The position numbers were made by a program, and so were the translations under genes. The notes below the pieces were generated by a model that saw only the letters and a list, made by a program, of their open reading frames with translations, did not search any database and was not told the DNA's origin. From assembly GCF_001194135.2 (NCBI RefSeq), contig NC_068987.1, positions 184,879 through 248,878 of the forward strand: a stretch of DNA of 64,000 nucleotides. The letters run 5' to 3'. This document shows, piece by piece, positions 37,501-51,600 of this stretch; position 1 is the first letter of the stretch, and each line of letters begins with the position of its first letter. Source of the stretch: Octopus bimaculoides (Eukaryota).

Positions 37501-39061
37501 GGTACGTAAAGAGCACCCATGCTGGAGGCATGTAAAGAGCACCTGTTGCACCTATGGTTGGTGTTTGGGAGAGCATCCAGCTGTAGAAACCATGCCAAAC
37601 CAGGCTGGAACCTAGCACAGTTCTCTGGCTTACCAGTTCCAGTCAAACCATCTAACCCATGCCAGCATGGAAAGCAGATGTTAAATGATGACCACATACA
37701 CACATTATATGTATAAGCACAAATGTGGCTGCATAGTAAGAAGTTTGCTTCCCAACCACGTGGTTCGAGATTCAGTCCCACTTCATGGCACTTTGGGCAA
37801 GTGTCTTCTATCAAAGCCTTATTAGTGGATTTGGTAGATGGAAATAGAAAGAAGCCTGTCATATATATGTGTATGTGTGTGTCTTTGTGATTGTGCTTGT
37901 CATCCATCAATTAACAACCAGTGTTGGTTTGTCATAAACTAGTGGCTCAGCAAAAAGAAACTGATAAAATAAGCATTAGGTGAAAAAAAAATTGTAGTAG
38001 GGTTGATTTGTTTGACTAAACCCTTTGAAGGCAGTGCCACAGCATGGCCACAATCTAATGACGGAAGCAGAAAATAAAAGATGTATGGATCCGCTTGGCC
38101 TCGTGGTTAGGGTGTTCAGTTCCTAGATTGGGCAGCACATTGTGTCCTTGAGCAAGGCACGTCAGTTTACAATGCTCCAATCTACTCGGCTGAAAATGAG
38201 TTCTTGCAAGAACTTTCGCCTGTTTCCAGATTAGACACGTTCTCTTGAAAGACTGGAAAGGAAGGACTTTTTGTCTGAGATACAAACACCCTCCCCACAC
38301 ACACACAACAGGTTTCTTCCAGGTTCTATCTATCAAAACCACCACAAAGTTTTGGTTGACATAGGGCTCTAGTAGAAGACATTTACCCAAAGTACCATGC
38401 AGTGGGACTGAACTTGAAATTGTGTGGTTGGGAAGCAATTTACCAGCTGGTTAAATAAATCTTTCACCTTTTGCTAAAAAAGACTTTTATATGTGTGTGT
38501 GTGTAAATAGATATATATTTTTCAAAAGAAAATTATATATATATAATAGATGAAGACAACATTCTGCTCAGATGGTTAAGAAGTTAGCTTCCTCATTGCA
38601 AAGAGCTGGGTTCAGTTCCACTGCATAGTATCTTTGGAACCAACTTTTTAAGTCTAGCTTCAAGTATATCAGAGAGTGTTTCTGTAATTCAGCCACTCAA
38701 TCTAGTTGTTAAATGTTGAATATATTGTTGTGAGGGTAGCTATATATATATAATGTATATATGTATGTGTGTGTGTAGTTGCATGACTTAGTGGTTAGGT
38801 TATTGTGCTCACAATTGCTAGATCGTTGGTTCATTTGTGGACCAAGTGGTGCATTGTGTTTTCAAGCAAAATACTTCATTTCATGGTTGCTCCTGTTCAC
38901 TCAGCTGCAAATGGGTAATACTGCAATAGAATAGTTTTCCTGCCAGGGAAATGGTCACCTGTTTGTCAAGCAAGTGGGGTGGTATCATTCAAAGGCTGAG
39001 ACAATGCAAAGTGCATTGTGATCAGAGATGTATAACTGCATCCGATAATCTGGTCAATACT

Positions 39062-39109
<48 letters not shown>

Positions 39110-42100
39110 GCACGGTTTATTTGCGATCAGAGTTGTTCAGCAACTGAGGTGCTACTGTATATATAATGGGCACTCATGTACCCACGCATTCCACCTTCCC
39201 ATTATAACAGGGTTTCTTAATCACCACCATCTTCTGCATAACCTCATTACACCCCACCTTTTTTTGCTGTTTACAGTTGGTGCATGTCTGTCTTCTATGT
39301 CTTCTCATTGTTGTTATTAGATTTTAATGACTCTAAATATATTATTTTCAGTTCGTTACCAGATTGAGATCTTCCGTAACCTGCGCCATGTCAATATTGA
39401 CCATCTCCATGTTGGTTGGTACCAGAGTACATATTTTAATTCCTTCATCAATCGTACTCTTGTCGACTCCCAGTATAACTACCAACACTCCATTGAAGAG
39501 TCAGTTGTGCTTATTTATGGTGAGTCATTATTCATGTTTTTTTATTTATTGTTTTTCAATTTCTACCACTCACAGAAATTTCTAGGGTTTTCATAAGCAG
39601 CTGATGATTTCAGCTGAGCTGGACCCTTCCTTTTAGACCCTACCCCCACCCCTTCCAAAGCACTAGTAACCTTGAACTCTTTACTGTGACTACCGTTATT
39701 TTGTGTTCCTGCTGTAGAAATTGCTGTTTGCTCCAGTTCAGCAAACTGGAAACAGTTTTTGTGGCTAGTGATAAGAAGGGCCAACACAATGATGCATCCT
39801 GGTCATGATAATTAGCTGTAAAAATGACCCCAGGCTAACTGCGATCAAGGTGGACTTGTGTGATTCATAAATCTAATAAACTGGTTATGTCTTTGTTTGA
39901 GATCATATTTTTTATGACTTAATTTAGGAAGGGAATGAGATCACGACTTTTGTTTTAGGGTCTCTGTGACAGGTGGGAGAAAAGAAAGAATATAAACTTC
40001 TTGTGAGCACTTGGTCATGGTAGGCACCCTGAGGAGGTGGTAGGGTTAACAAGAACAGTCCCTCTAACAGGCTTTCCGACAGATTCCTTCGACCAAATTC
40101 TGCTGAGGAGGTTTTGTCAAGGCTATAGTAAAAGACAAGCTACCGTGCTGTGTGATTTATAATTACATGGTTCATCATCATCATCATCATCGTTTAACGT
40201 CTGCCTTTCATGCTGGAATGGGTTGGACGATTTGACAGGAACTGGTCAGAACTGCACCAGACTTTTGTGTCTGTTTTGGCAAGGATTTTACAGCTGGATG
40301 CCCTTCCAAACACCAACCACTTTACAGTGTGGACTGGGTGCTTTTAAGTGGCACCTGCACTGACAGGGTCACCAAGTCTTTGCAAGACGAAGAACTACTT
40401 TCAAGTTTGGTGGAGCCCTGGTGAACCCCTACCTGTACACTGAATTTATCACTGTATTCATGGCTGACTCCCACCTTACTGACAACACCTCTCTGCATGG
40501 CTTGTACAGCTCTAGAAAGCCACTCCTCTACTTCTACCTTCCTTAGAGACCACCATATAACACAGTGGGGGACTCTGTCGAAAGCTTTTCCCAGGTTGAC
40601 GAAGGGTCAGTACAATGACTTACTTTTGGTCAAGTACTTTTCATGCAGTTGTCGCATTGGGAAGATGGCATCTGTGGTACTCTTCCCAGACACAAAACGA
40701 AACTGCATCTCATCTAGTTTAATTCTATTCCTAATCAATTGAGCTATAACTCTCTCAGTAACTTTCTTGACTTTGTCTAGCAATTTAATACTTCTGCAGT
40801 TGTTTCTATTTGTATTAGCTCTACACCATCTACTGCCCAGCTCTGTACCATATTTGCCCTTTATCACATAGCTAGCTCTCTATATCTCTACCCCCCCCCC
40901 CCTATTTCTGATGTNNNNNNNNNNCTCTACCCCCCCCCCCCTATTTCTGATGTAACTGCTTGCTAACTTTAGTTCCTCCTTCTCCTCTGCTGCCACCACC
41001 AACATCAACCTGCAGCAGCAGCCTACTTTCTGTGCTGTTATGGGTTGGACAGATTGTCACAATCTAAGTCAGTTCTTATTTCGAGTCACTGTCCTTCAAA
41101 ACGTGTCAAGGACCTCATCCCAAAGTTTCTATGTTGATATCTCACCAGCTCAACCCCAAACCCTGACTGAAGCAGTTTAAACTAAAACTATTTTTTTTGT
41201 TTTGAAATTTTCCTTAGATCCCCTGAAAACCTCTCAAGGGTTTTTATCCCTGAAAGCGTACCGTCTCACTGATGCCATGATGGAGTTTTACAGGGAAGGT
41301 GAATTCACCCCTGAATCAGTGAACAGGCTGAAGCTAAACTTTGAAAACATGTTTACTGAGATTCCCCTCGTTATCAAGAATTCTCATCTTGTTAATGTGC
41401 TTTTGTATGAACTTGAACAGAAGAAAAACAATGGAGAAAACTACCAATTTCTAGATTTGGCTACAAGGTATGACACTTGTTTATATTTAACTTTTTTCTT
41501 TGCGTGTGTGTGTGTGTGCTTGTATGTTATTTAGATCCTCAAATGTAGAAGCTCTCTGAACTTTGCCCAAGCTGTTCGTATTCTAGCGACTTCCTCCACT
41601 ACTGCTAACTTGGTCACCTAGGTAACAAAAGCTATCTACTGCTTCTAAGATTTCCCTGAGCATTTGAGGCAGTCTATTGTCTGCTCATATTGTACCTGCT
41701 CACTTGCCACACACAAAGACACTATTCTCAGTTAACTTTCCTGTGACATTGCTACACCTCTTATGTATCCAAAGCTTGCACTGGGTACAATGGGTGGAGT
41801 TTCCACCAACACCCTTCTCACATATTGAACAGGGTCATCTCCTGAAGAGATTTGTGATTTGTCTATTTTCCTACTTACTAGGGCTTTGGCTTTTGATAAA
41901 TTAACTCTAAGGCTCTTAGATACCAAGCCTTGCTTCCACATCTGAAATTTCTTCTCTCGCTCAGTTTGTGATTCAGCTATAAGAACAAGGTCATCAGCAT
42001 AAAGGAGCTCCCAGGGACAGCCGATCTCGAATTCTACTGTTAAGGCCTGGAGGACTAAGATAAACAAGAACTGAACCTTGGTGAACCCCTACCTGTACAG

Positions 42101-45049
42101 TGAATTCATTGCTATACTCATTGCCAACCATCACCTTACTTTCAGCATCCCTGTACATGACCTCACCAACCACTCATCTATCCCTAGCTTCTGCCTTGAC
42201 CACTAAATAAGGGAGCAGGGGATCTTGTCAGAGGCTTTCTCCATGTTGATTAAAGCCAGCTACAGAGGTTTATTTTTATCATTTTGTTTAAACACCAAGA
42301 AATTTGATTAAAGTCAAATTCTAGTTATGTTTGCCCCATTTCCTTTTACCCAAGGTAGCATAAGTAAAGGTACCCATTGTCATGATGGGTATCATCACAC
42401 TTGTATTATTATGAGGAATTAACTATGGTTAAGGTACAGACATGAGTGTGTGGTTAGGAAATTTGCTTTCCAACCACATGTGTGGCACTTTGGGCAAGAA
42501 GTGTCTTCTACTATATAACTCTGAGCTGAATAAAAGCTCTTTGTGTGAGTTTGGTAGACAGAAACTGAAAGAAGCCTGTTGTATGTGCCTGTGCTTACAT
42601 ATGCATTTCTGAGAAAATCACTCAGCTTCACATGGTCATGTTACTGTCACTTTCTTTTACTCTTTGCCTGACATCAAACCTCCTATATGCATTCTTCCAT
42701 TTCTATGTTAATCATCATCATCATCGTTTAACGTCCACTTTCCATGCTAGCATGGGTTGGACGATTTGACTGAGGACTGGTGAACCAGGTGGCTACACCA
42801 GGCTCCTCTTTTCTATATAATGTAAAATATGACAATAAAAACCAACCTACTGACCAACTTTTTTTTATATTAGCAATTTTTCGATGGGGATAAGCCTTGC
42901 TGCAGCATGGTAACGCAATTCTAATGATTAGTTGAAGAGCTGTTATCATATATTACTGTGAAATACTTGACAACAGTTCTGATGACTAATTCTTTGACAC
43001 CAACCTAAGGCCAATCCTGCTTCTCTGATACAAACTTCTTGTTTTAAAGCGATATTAATTAAAGCTTCGTGTTAATTTATGTTCTAAACACCAGTAAATT
43101 AATAATGACAAAGCTATTTTGCTAAATTCATTTTCTAAATTAATTGTGACAAAAGGAAGTGTTTTTTAACAGAAATATGGTAACATTAGGGTTAAAGGAA
43201 CAACTATTATCATGTGAAGTATTGTAAGTGAGACCTGATGGTCAATCATAATGTGTTCTGTACTACACTAGGTGTGTAGCCCTGTGTACTGTTGAAATTG
43301 TTGCTTACTGAAAATAACTGACTATATATATTGTACGTTTCTATTTGTAGCTCCATGTTAGAGAAGAATTTGCGTCAGTTGATTGAATGTGTTGATGATG
43401 TGGCAGCTGACACCAACAAATATTTGACGTTCCAGAAACACTTCCAAAGGCAGCAACAAGCCAAGCAACAGTATCTTCACAAAAGGGTAACCCTCTCCAG
43501 GACATTCCTTCTCTTCAAATTTAATTAATCCTTTTAAATAGCAATCACTGTCCTTTACTCGTTAGAAACTACGCAAATTAAAATGGTACTATTTACATTG
43601 AAAACCTCACCAAAATTTTGACATTGAAATTAGGTTGTTGTGAATTTAAGGGTGAGTGTGGCTGGCCCTTATTTTTGGAAAAATCTGAACTCTGAATGCA
43701 AAGAAGCAGAACCAAGTTGCAGTTCCCAGAGTAAGGGGTCGAGGGAGCTGTTTGCAATGGGACAGACTGTGAAGTAGGAGGGTGGCATCTGTGTTCATTT
43801 ATGCATGTGAAGTTAGTGCAATTGACGCTTCCCGACTTGCTTGTTTTGTCTGTGTTGGAAATTAAGAGGAGATGGTGCATTGGCAGAACAACTGACAAAA
43901 CATGTCTTGTGCTTACAATCTCATTCAGGTTAGTTTTTGCCTTTCATTCTTCTGTGGTTGATAAAATAAAGACTCAGTCAAGAACTTGGGTCAGTATCAT
44001 TGATACCACCTCTCCAACCAAATTTCAGGCATTGTGCCTAAATTAGAAGAAAAAGAAAAAAAAAATGAATCACCCCCATCATCATCATTATTTAATATCC
44101 ATTGTCCAGGCTGGCATGGGTTATACAGTTTGACAAGAGCTGGTAAGCTGAGGGGCTGCTCCAGACTCCAGTCTTATTTGGCATGGTTTCTACAGATGGA
44201 TGCCCTTCCTAATAATTCTTATTTTGGCACAGGGTCAGCAATTTTAGGGTTGTGGTAGGGCTACTTGATTACATCAACCCTAATACTTAACTAATGCTCG
44301 TTGTATTGACCCTGGGAAGGTGAAAGGCAAAGTTGACTTCAGTGGAATTGAAACCCTGTGTGATGAGCTGGTGGAAACGGTGTGAAGCTTTTGTCCAACT
44401 CGAATAATTCTGTGAGCGTTGTTCTGCTGCTGGTGGTGGTGATTGGTATTGGGAGGATGGATTGGCAGAAGCGTTTCTGTTGGACAAAATGGTGTGTGCT
44501 GCTTGTTTGTATGCCTTATGTTCTGAGTTCAAATTTCACAGTGGTCTGCTTTGCCATTCCTCCTACTCTGGGGTCAACAAAGTAAAATACATGTCAAATA
44601 TTGGAGTCAGTGTAATCAGCAAAACGTGTCCCTCTGAATTTCTGGCCATATGCTTACCTTAGAAACAATTCTTCAGGTTGGTAGAGCTTGGATGAACTGT
44701 TAATGCTGGGCAAAAGGCCTTGCAGTATTTCAAATTGACTTTTGGTCTCCTTTCCTCAAAATTGCTAGCCTTGTGTGAAAAATCAGAATTACTATTGTTA
44801 TTATTAATATTGTTATAATTTCAGCAACAAGAAATGAATGCTCGTGCAGCAAAAGGTGAACCCCCATTGCCCGAAGAGGACATTAACAAGCTATTTAAAC
44901 CAATTCAACCACCGGTACGTTTGGAAACTATGTTAATAGCTGGACAGATCGACTATTACTGTACACAAATAATGGACTTCACTTCACATAGTTTTGGGAA
45001 ATTATTCATGGCTGACAGTTTGCAAAGGGTCAACAATAATCTCAACTAA
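34508..45049 (+). CDS. EIF3H: Eukaryotic translation initiation factor 3 subunit H, whole spliced CDS: join 34508-34567, 37127-37283, 39352-39519, 41218-41467, 43351-43486, 44825-45049; 996 nt, 331 aa
   Basis: [91 protein letters not shown]; GT-AG introns with consistent phases. Confidence 0.97.
34912..34996. mobile_element. Second copy of the about 90-bp hairpin MITE (inverted relative to 26403-26494), in eIF3h intron 1
   Basis: ggcagaggtaaagaatacgtgcaccacccgttttcggc...ccctaatcaccgggtttgcgtagtctttactttcgcc aligns with the reverse complement of 26403-26494. Confidence 0.75.
37127..37283 (+). CDS. EIF3H: eIF3h exon 2
   Basis: cttttag acceptor, gtaagt donor, 157 nt. Confidence 0.95.
39352..39519 (+). 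CDS. EIF3H: eIF3h exon 3
   Basis: ttttcag acceptor, gtgagt donor, 168 nt, phase 1-1. Confidence 0.95.
40410..40870 (-). mobile_element. RTE RT fragment in eIF3h intron 3
   Basis: [43 protein letters not shown]. Confidence 0.88.
41218..41467 (+). CDS. EIF3H: eIF3h exon 4
   Basis: tccttag acceptor, gtatga donor, 250 nt. Confidence 0.95.
41530..42260 (-). mobile_element. RTE RT fragment in eIF3h intron 4
   Basis: [31 protein letters not shown]. Confidence 0.88.
43351..43486 (+). CDS. EIF3H: eIF3h exon 5
   Basis: tttgtag acceptor, gtaacc donor, 136 nt. Confidence 0.93.
44825..45049 (+). CDS. EIF3H: eIF3h last coding exon
   Basis: tttcag acceptor; [19 protein letters not shown]...NLN*. Confidence 0.95.
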   Translation, partial: QQEMNARAAKGEPPLPEEDINKLFKPIQPPVRLETMLIAGQIDYYCTQIMDFTSHSFGKLFMADSLQRVNNNLN

Positions 45050-45088
45050 TGTCGTAGTGCTTCTTAGTTGACCCTCTTGAATGTTTCA

Positions 45089-45116
45089 AATAAAAAGAGC
45101 TCAGCAATGTAATAAA
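45089..45116 (+). terminator. Candidate eIF3h polyadenylation signals (AATAAA at 45089 and 45111)
   Basis: Two AATAAA hexamers 40-65 nt after the stop, followed by T-rich sequence. Confidence 0.6.
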
Positions 45117-45761
45117 GGTTCGATTCTTTTTCTTTATTCCATGAAAATCTGTCAAATGTTATTTAGGAATCCTAAGAGTTTCACTTGTTTAGGGTTTAAG
45201 ATGTGGGTTTTTACATAGTTACCCTGCAATTCACTCTCAATCCATCAGGCTTATGAAGTCTAATTTACATCTGGTGTGTGTATATGTGCAGACACACAAT
45301 CACCATCATCATCATCATGATGTAACGTCTGTACTCGATGCCAGTCTGGGTTGGGACAGTTTGACAGGAGTGGCAAGGCTGGAGAGCTGCACCCTTCTGT
45401 TGTCTCTTTTGACATGGTTTCTATGGCTGGATGCCCTTCCTAATATGCCAACCACTTCACAGTGTGTGCAATGGGTGCTTTTGTGCAGCACTGACTTGCT
45501 GATGTGGGTTCTTTTTACTTGGCCCCCATCCCCCACGAGCCTGCAAGGTCAGGGACACTCAGCTGACGAGGGATGCAAGCAGCACAGCCATGAATTTCAT
45601 TTAGTTTGATGAGGTCTTCTCAAGCACAGCAAACTGCCACAAGTCTCACTGCCTTCTCATCCTCTCTGCGAGAGGCCCAACTGATGAAGATCCTTTCTCA
45701 CCACTTCATCCCATGCCTTCCTGGGTTTACCTCTTCCACAAGTTCTCTCCACATCTCTCTG

Positions 45762-45810
<49 letters not shown>

Positions 45811-47329
45811 NNNNNNNNNNNNNNNNNNNNNNNNNNNNNNNNNNNNNNNNNNNNNNNNNNNNNNNNNNNNNNNNNNNNNNNNNNNNNNNNNNNNNNNNNN
45901 NNNNNNNNNNNNNNNNNNNNNNNNNNNNNNNNNNNNNNNNNNNNNNNNNNNNNNNNNNNNNNNNNNNNNCCGAAAACCTTCCATATCTTGCCTCGATTCA
46001 GTGTGTAGTATATATATATATGTATATATATAAAACCTATGCCAAAGAAAATGGGCATTAAATGATGATATACATTTGTATGCACATATATACATGTATA
46101 TATATATAAATTGTAAATCCAAAAAATAACAACAAAACTACAAAGGATTCCGCGGTACACGTGTTTCAAGCTTTACATGTGTATAATATAATATGTGTAT
46201 AATTTACAATGTAAAGCTATCCTCAGCCGCAAAATTATTCCTCTCCCAGGAAATTATACCACCTTGGCGTTGAAGTAGGAAGAAAGGTGTGATGTAAGAG
46301 GTGAAGATCCTTTCGGTATTCTGTATAGTACTATATCTGGTATAATTCTCCACCCGGACATAATCTCTCCGGTCCTCCGAAAACCTTCCATATCTTGCCT
46401 CGATTCAGTGTGTAGTATATATATATATGTATATATATATATGTATGTGTATATATATATATATGCATGTGTATGTGTCTATGTATGTATGTATATATAT
46501 ATGTAAACACGTCTATATATATGTGTCTGTGTGTGTCATCATCATCATTGTTGTTTAACATCTACTTTCCATGCTGGCATGGGTTGGATGGTTTGACTGG
46601 CAAGGTTTCTACATCTGGATGCCCTTCCTAATGCCAACCACTCTGAGAGTGTAGTGGGTGCTTTTACATGCCACCGGCACGAGGGCCAGTCAGGTGGTAC
46701 TGGCATTGACCATGCTCGAGTGGTGCTTTTTACATGCCACTGGCACGGGAACCAGTCAAGCAGCATTGATAATGGTCACTTGTCATCACCTCTGTGAGGC
46801 CCAGCGTTCAAAGATCGTGCTTCACCACCTCAGCCCAGGTCTTGCTGGGTCTACCTCTTCCACAGGCTCCCTCTACTGCTAGGGTGTGACACTTTTTCAC
46901 ACACCTGTCCTCATCCATATGCAACACATGACCATACCAGAATATGCCAACTCTGAGGGTGTGGAAGGTGTGGGCCTGTGAGACGTACATACATCATCAT
47001 TGTTTGTATGTAGATATATGTATGTATATATATATATATATATATATATNNNNNNNNNNNNNNNNNNNNNNNNNNNNNNNNNNNNNNNNNNNNNNNNNNN
47101 NNNNNNNNNNNNNNNNNNNNNNNNNNNNNNNNNNNNNNNNNNNNNNNNNNNNNNNNNNNNNNNNNNNNNNNNNNNNNNNNNNNNNNNNNNNNNNNNNNNN
47201 NNNNNNNNNNNNNNNNNNNNNNNNNNNNNNNNNNNNNNNNNNNNNNNNNNNNNNNNCACACACCCCCAGAACCACGCTAATAGCTTAGGAGGGAAATTTA
47301 GAATTTCTCGTTTTATTGTGAATCGATTT

Positions 47330-48630
47330 TGATAAAACTTTTCCCAGCTGGTTTTGCACCCCATGGCAACACCGTTCTTATGTTTTCATTATTCTGTGTA
47401 GCGTCCTTTCTTTTTTATTTCAGATTCTTCAGTTTTTGGGTGAACCACGTGAATAGCTTTCGAATGAAATTAGCCCATCTAGACATTTTTTTAAAGAAAA
47501 TGAAGAGTAATGATAAATATATAGCAGACATTAAGTGTATATTTAACAGAGAACCATAATATCATAACATTTATTGACATAATGAATTATTTAGCCACAT
47601 GAGCGCCATTTCAATGGATAATTTCAAAAACCCTATCAGTCATGGAATCTGTCAATTTCTTAATAGTGGCAGGTTGGTCTGCCTCTGCTGCAGCTTTGAT
47701 GGCCGCCCATAAGACATCTTTCAACATAAGTTGGCGTCCATCGGCAGAAACATCTTGTTTAATGATGGACCAAAGATTTTTGATAGGGTTGAGATCTGGA
47801 GACACTGGCAGCAACATCATCAACCTCTCATCTTGTGTGCCATAAGACCCTTGTAATGTTTGGGTGGTCCTAGCAGAGTGGCAGAGAGTGCAGTCATGCA
47901 TGAATATGAGATTGCCATCAGTATGTCATCTAGGCAGGGAGATTGCAGAAGGTGGCTGCAGTCACTCTAACCACTTCAGGCACCTTGACTAAGCCAACAA
48001 GTCTGTCCCCAATGATACCAGCCCACAACATGACTCTTCCACCCTTGTTGTAAGCATTGGTGACTCTCATCTCCAAAATAGACCCAACTGTCAGGTCCAT
48101 CAAGGGTCACCCTGGTTTCATCAGTGAACAGAAGACAACAACTGTCATGTAGGGCCCATTGAAGCCTCCTGTGACAAGGCAGTTTCAGGGGTCCTCGCAT
48201 TGTCCCAAGGATGCAATTTCTGGAGGTGGGGAAAATGGCTTTGCTTGTTTGTCCAGGTTTCCCTCGTAACTTGCAGCCAATGTTCTTTAAATCCTTAGCT
48301 GTCAGTCTTGGAGTCACCACAACCGGATCGTTTCGTCTTTGGCGAATGGTCCTTCAGGAATTGTCTAACTTTGTCCACTTGATGACCTAACATCTCTGCA
48401 ATGACATGAAGAGAGGTGCCTTTAGCACTTTCATTGATGATGACAGACTTTTCTTCATTGTTAAGGGCCTTTTCCATGTCACATTGTTCTTAGAGTGGAG
48501 AGACGCTATTAGCATGGTTCACCCAAAACTGAAGAATCTGAAATAAAGAATAAAGGACGCTACACAGAATAATGAAAACTTAACAATGGTGTTGCCATGG
48601 GGTGCAAAACAGCTGGGAAAAGTTTTATCA
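47330..48630 (-). mobile_element. Decayed Tc1-family DNA transposon with about 120-bp inverted repeats
   Basis: 47331-47450 is the inverted copy of 48512-48629; ORF remnants LFTDETRVTLDGPD, MHDCTLCHSA, PVSPDLNPIKNLWSIIK. Confidence 0.88.
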
Positions 48631-51600
48631 AACCCTGGATATTTAGAAAACTGGTTTCTAATCAACCAGTGGTATGTTGTAATACTGTTACATATTCTCT
48701 GTATTTGATTTTCCAATTTGTGTCATTAGTTAAATGCCATAAAAGTTATCGAATTAGCTTCTAATTAACATGTCATTAAGTACCTGTAAGCAACATAGTT
48801 ATCTTTAGGTTTATTGATGTAAACTGAACCTCAATGTTTTAGCTTATCTACGGTTTTTGTGTGCTTTATCTTATTAACTGTAATATTACAAACAGTTGCA
48901 TTTAGGGCACCAATGATGTGCTGGAGATTTCTGATGTATTTGTGTTTATGTTTACCCCTGGCATTCATCACCTGTATGACCAGGCGTGACATAAGATAAG
49001 TATCAATTTATTGAGAAAACTTGTGAAGCTTACACCTGGTTGCTTAATAGAGAAGTCTCTCTTGAAATGTTCATATTTAGATGTACACTTTTCTTTTTTA
49101 TGGGAAAATTTTGTTGAATTATGATCCAAACAACAGGTTGATCGTGACATTAATGAAACAAAAATTAATTATTTATGAAATGTTTGGTCATGGCTTTGTA
49201 GGTAAGAAGTTTGCTTTGCTACCAGTTCAAACTCATTGGGTGGTACCTTAGCCTAATGCCCATTGTGAGTGATTTTGGTTGATAGAGGACACTGTAGAAA
49301 CCTGTCACACATGCGCGCGTGCACACGCAAAACATTTCTTCCCACAGACTTTGAGTTGACCACAGAAATTTAGAAGGAAACTGGAATCTGTTGAGAGACC
49401 ATTCATAGCAAAGTTGAACCTTCTCAGAGTTTATAATACCACTACCTGGATGTTAGGGGCCACCCCATTGTGAGTGTTGGTCTTTGCCTTCAATTTGAAA
49501 GCAAGGATTAACTTCAAAGTTGATATTAATCAGCTCCATAACCGTTTCAACATCCACCTATGTAATGTTAGTATTTCAGAGTTAAGGTGAAGTTGTGTTG
49601 CCTGGTGCACAGGCAATCGTTAGATCCTTGTTATAATTCTTGTTCTGAATTGTGTGTTGTGTTCTGGAGTAAAATGCTTCCTTTCTTGTTGCCGCTGTCC
49701 ACTGAGCTGTAAATGTGTAACCCCTGTGATAGAATGATGTCCTGTTCAGGTGTGGTGGTATTGTGATCTCATTCACTGGGACGCCCTGCTGACCAACATT
49801 ATGAATGTTGAAATTCGTGACACACTCAAGTAATACAACTTGAAAAGCAAAGTCTCTCATTAAAATCATTAAGAAAGAATTAATTATACTTTTGAATTAT
49901 TATTTAATGCTTGTCTTTTATGTTGGTGTGGCATGGATGGCTTGACAAGATCAAATGAGCCACTGACCAACCTGAAACTCTGATGGTCTGCTTTGGTTTG
50001 CTTTCTAGAACTGGACGCCTTTCCTAATGCCAATCACTTTACACCGTGTACTGAATGTTTTTTACTTAGCACTGGCACTAAGAAGATCACCACCAAGAAA
50101 CCTGCATGAAAAGATCCCTCTAATGAGATGAGGGGCAGGGTTCTAGGTGTTGAGAGGTTAATCTGTGACGGCAGGGCAAGAACAGGCGTCTTGTGGAGTA
50201 GACACACGGCTATCCTAGTTGTAAACAAAAGAAAAGAGAGAGATGAAGTGTCAGGGCATACTCTCTCACTACAAGAAAATGGATAAAGGGTGAATTGGGG
50301 ATGCCTGGGTGGATTGGTTTGAAAGGAGAGTGACTAACAAACAGACCTGGTGAATCTCAGTTGTCGGGGCCGAAGGAGAAATGAATTGAAAAGGTGGAGG
50401 AGGAGGAGGAGGAGGCAGAGAGACAGTTTGATAAGACTTTACTCTTGAAGAAGGGAGTGAGTTGTAGGACATTGGATAGAATCTCTTATAAGTCCTCTCA
50501 CTCTGCTTTAAGTTCAAACTCTGCCAAAGTCAACTTCCATTTTCTTCTTGTTTTGGGTTTGATAGGATAAGGTACCAATGATGTACTGGGATTGATGTAA
50601 TTGACTTACTTTCCCCTCAAAATTGCTGGCCTTGTGCCAAATGTTGAAACCATTAAAGGCTGCAGAATCATAGAAGAGGTTTGATGAAGATGCTTTGTGA
50701 TATTTCTTGTGGCTGTTTCGATTCTCAGTTAAAATTCTGTTTGGATCAACTTTGTCTTTCAACATTTCAAGGTTGATAAAAAAATCAAATAGCAGTTGAG
50801 CATTGAAGTGGATGTAATGGACTTTGCTCTCCTCCTAAAATTGCTGGCTTTGTGTCAGAATTAGAAAGAATCGATAGGAGGCAGACAAAATGTTTAGCAA
50901 TTCTTGCAGGCAAATGCTCCAAGTTTAAATTCTGTTGAGGAAGTCTTTACCTTTCATCCTTTTGGAGTTCAATAAAATAAGTACCGGTCGAGCACTTGGG
51001 TTGATGCAATTGGTTAGTCCCCCTCCCCTCAAAATTTCTGGCCTTGTGTTTATAGTAGACCGGATTATTAGAGAAGAGTAGTCAGTGGTTGGATTCTTTT
51101 GTAGGATGATAGTAACTGGTGAGAGGAGGTTATCTGTTGACCAGTGACCAGGTAGTGGTGGCAAATGGAGCAGACCGAACCTGTTGCTTGGGTCTTGGCT
51201 CAGCTCTCCATCTTTCTTCTATAAATGTTGCTGGTTCTGCAAATGGTTATGGACACTGCTTTCTCTCCTGATTATAAGAAAGGAGCTGCAATGGCCCTTG
51301 TGACACACACTCCTTCCACAAAGGTTTCACCACTTTCCTACAACCAGATTTCAGGAGTCTTTGTGAATTTTGTTTCCTAACTATGTAGTCTTAGGTTTAG
51401 TCTCACTGTGTGGCAGCTTGAGCAAGTTTCTTCTACCTTAACCTAAGGCTATAACCGAAAGCATTTGCCAAAGGTGCTATGCAGTGGGACTTAACTCAGA
51501 ACCATGTGGCTGAGAAGCAAACTTACCACACAACCATGGCTACATCACCATTATCATCGTTTAGTGTCCGTTTTCCATGCTGACATGTTTTAGACAGTCG

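Noticed and set aside
40886-40953. 29-bp direct repeat flanking a 10-N gap
   Set aside because: Typical scaffolding overlap artefact.
45971-46427. About 50-bp direct repeat (45971 and 46378)
   Set aside because: One copy begins exactly at a gap edge next to microsatellites, so an assembly artefact cannot be separated from real duplication.
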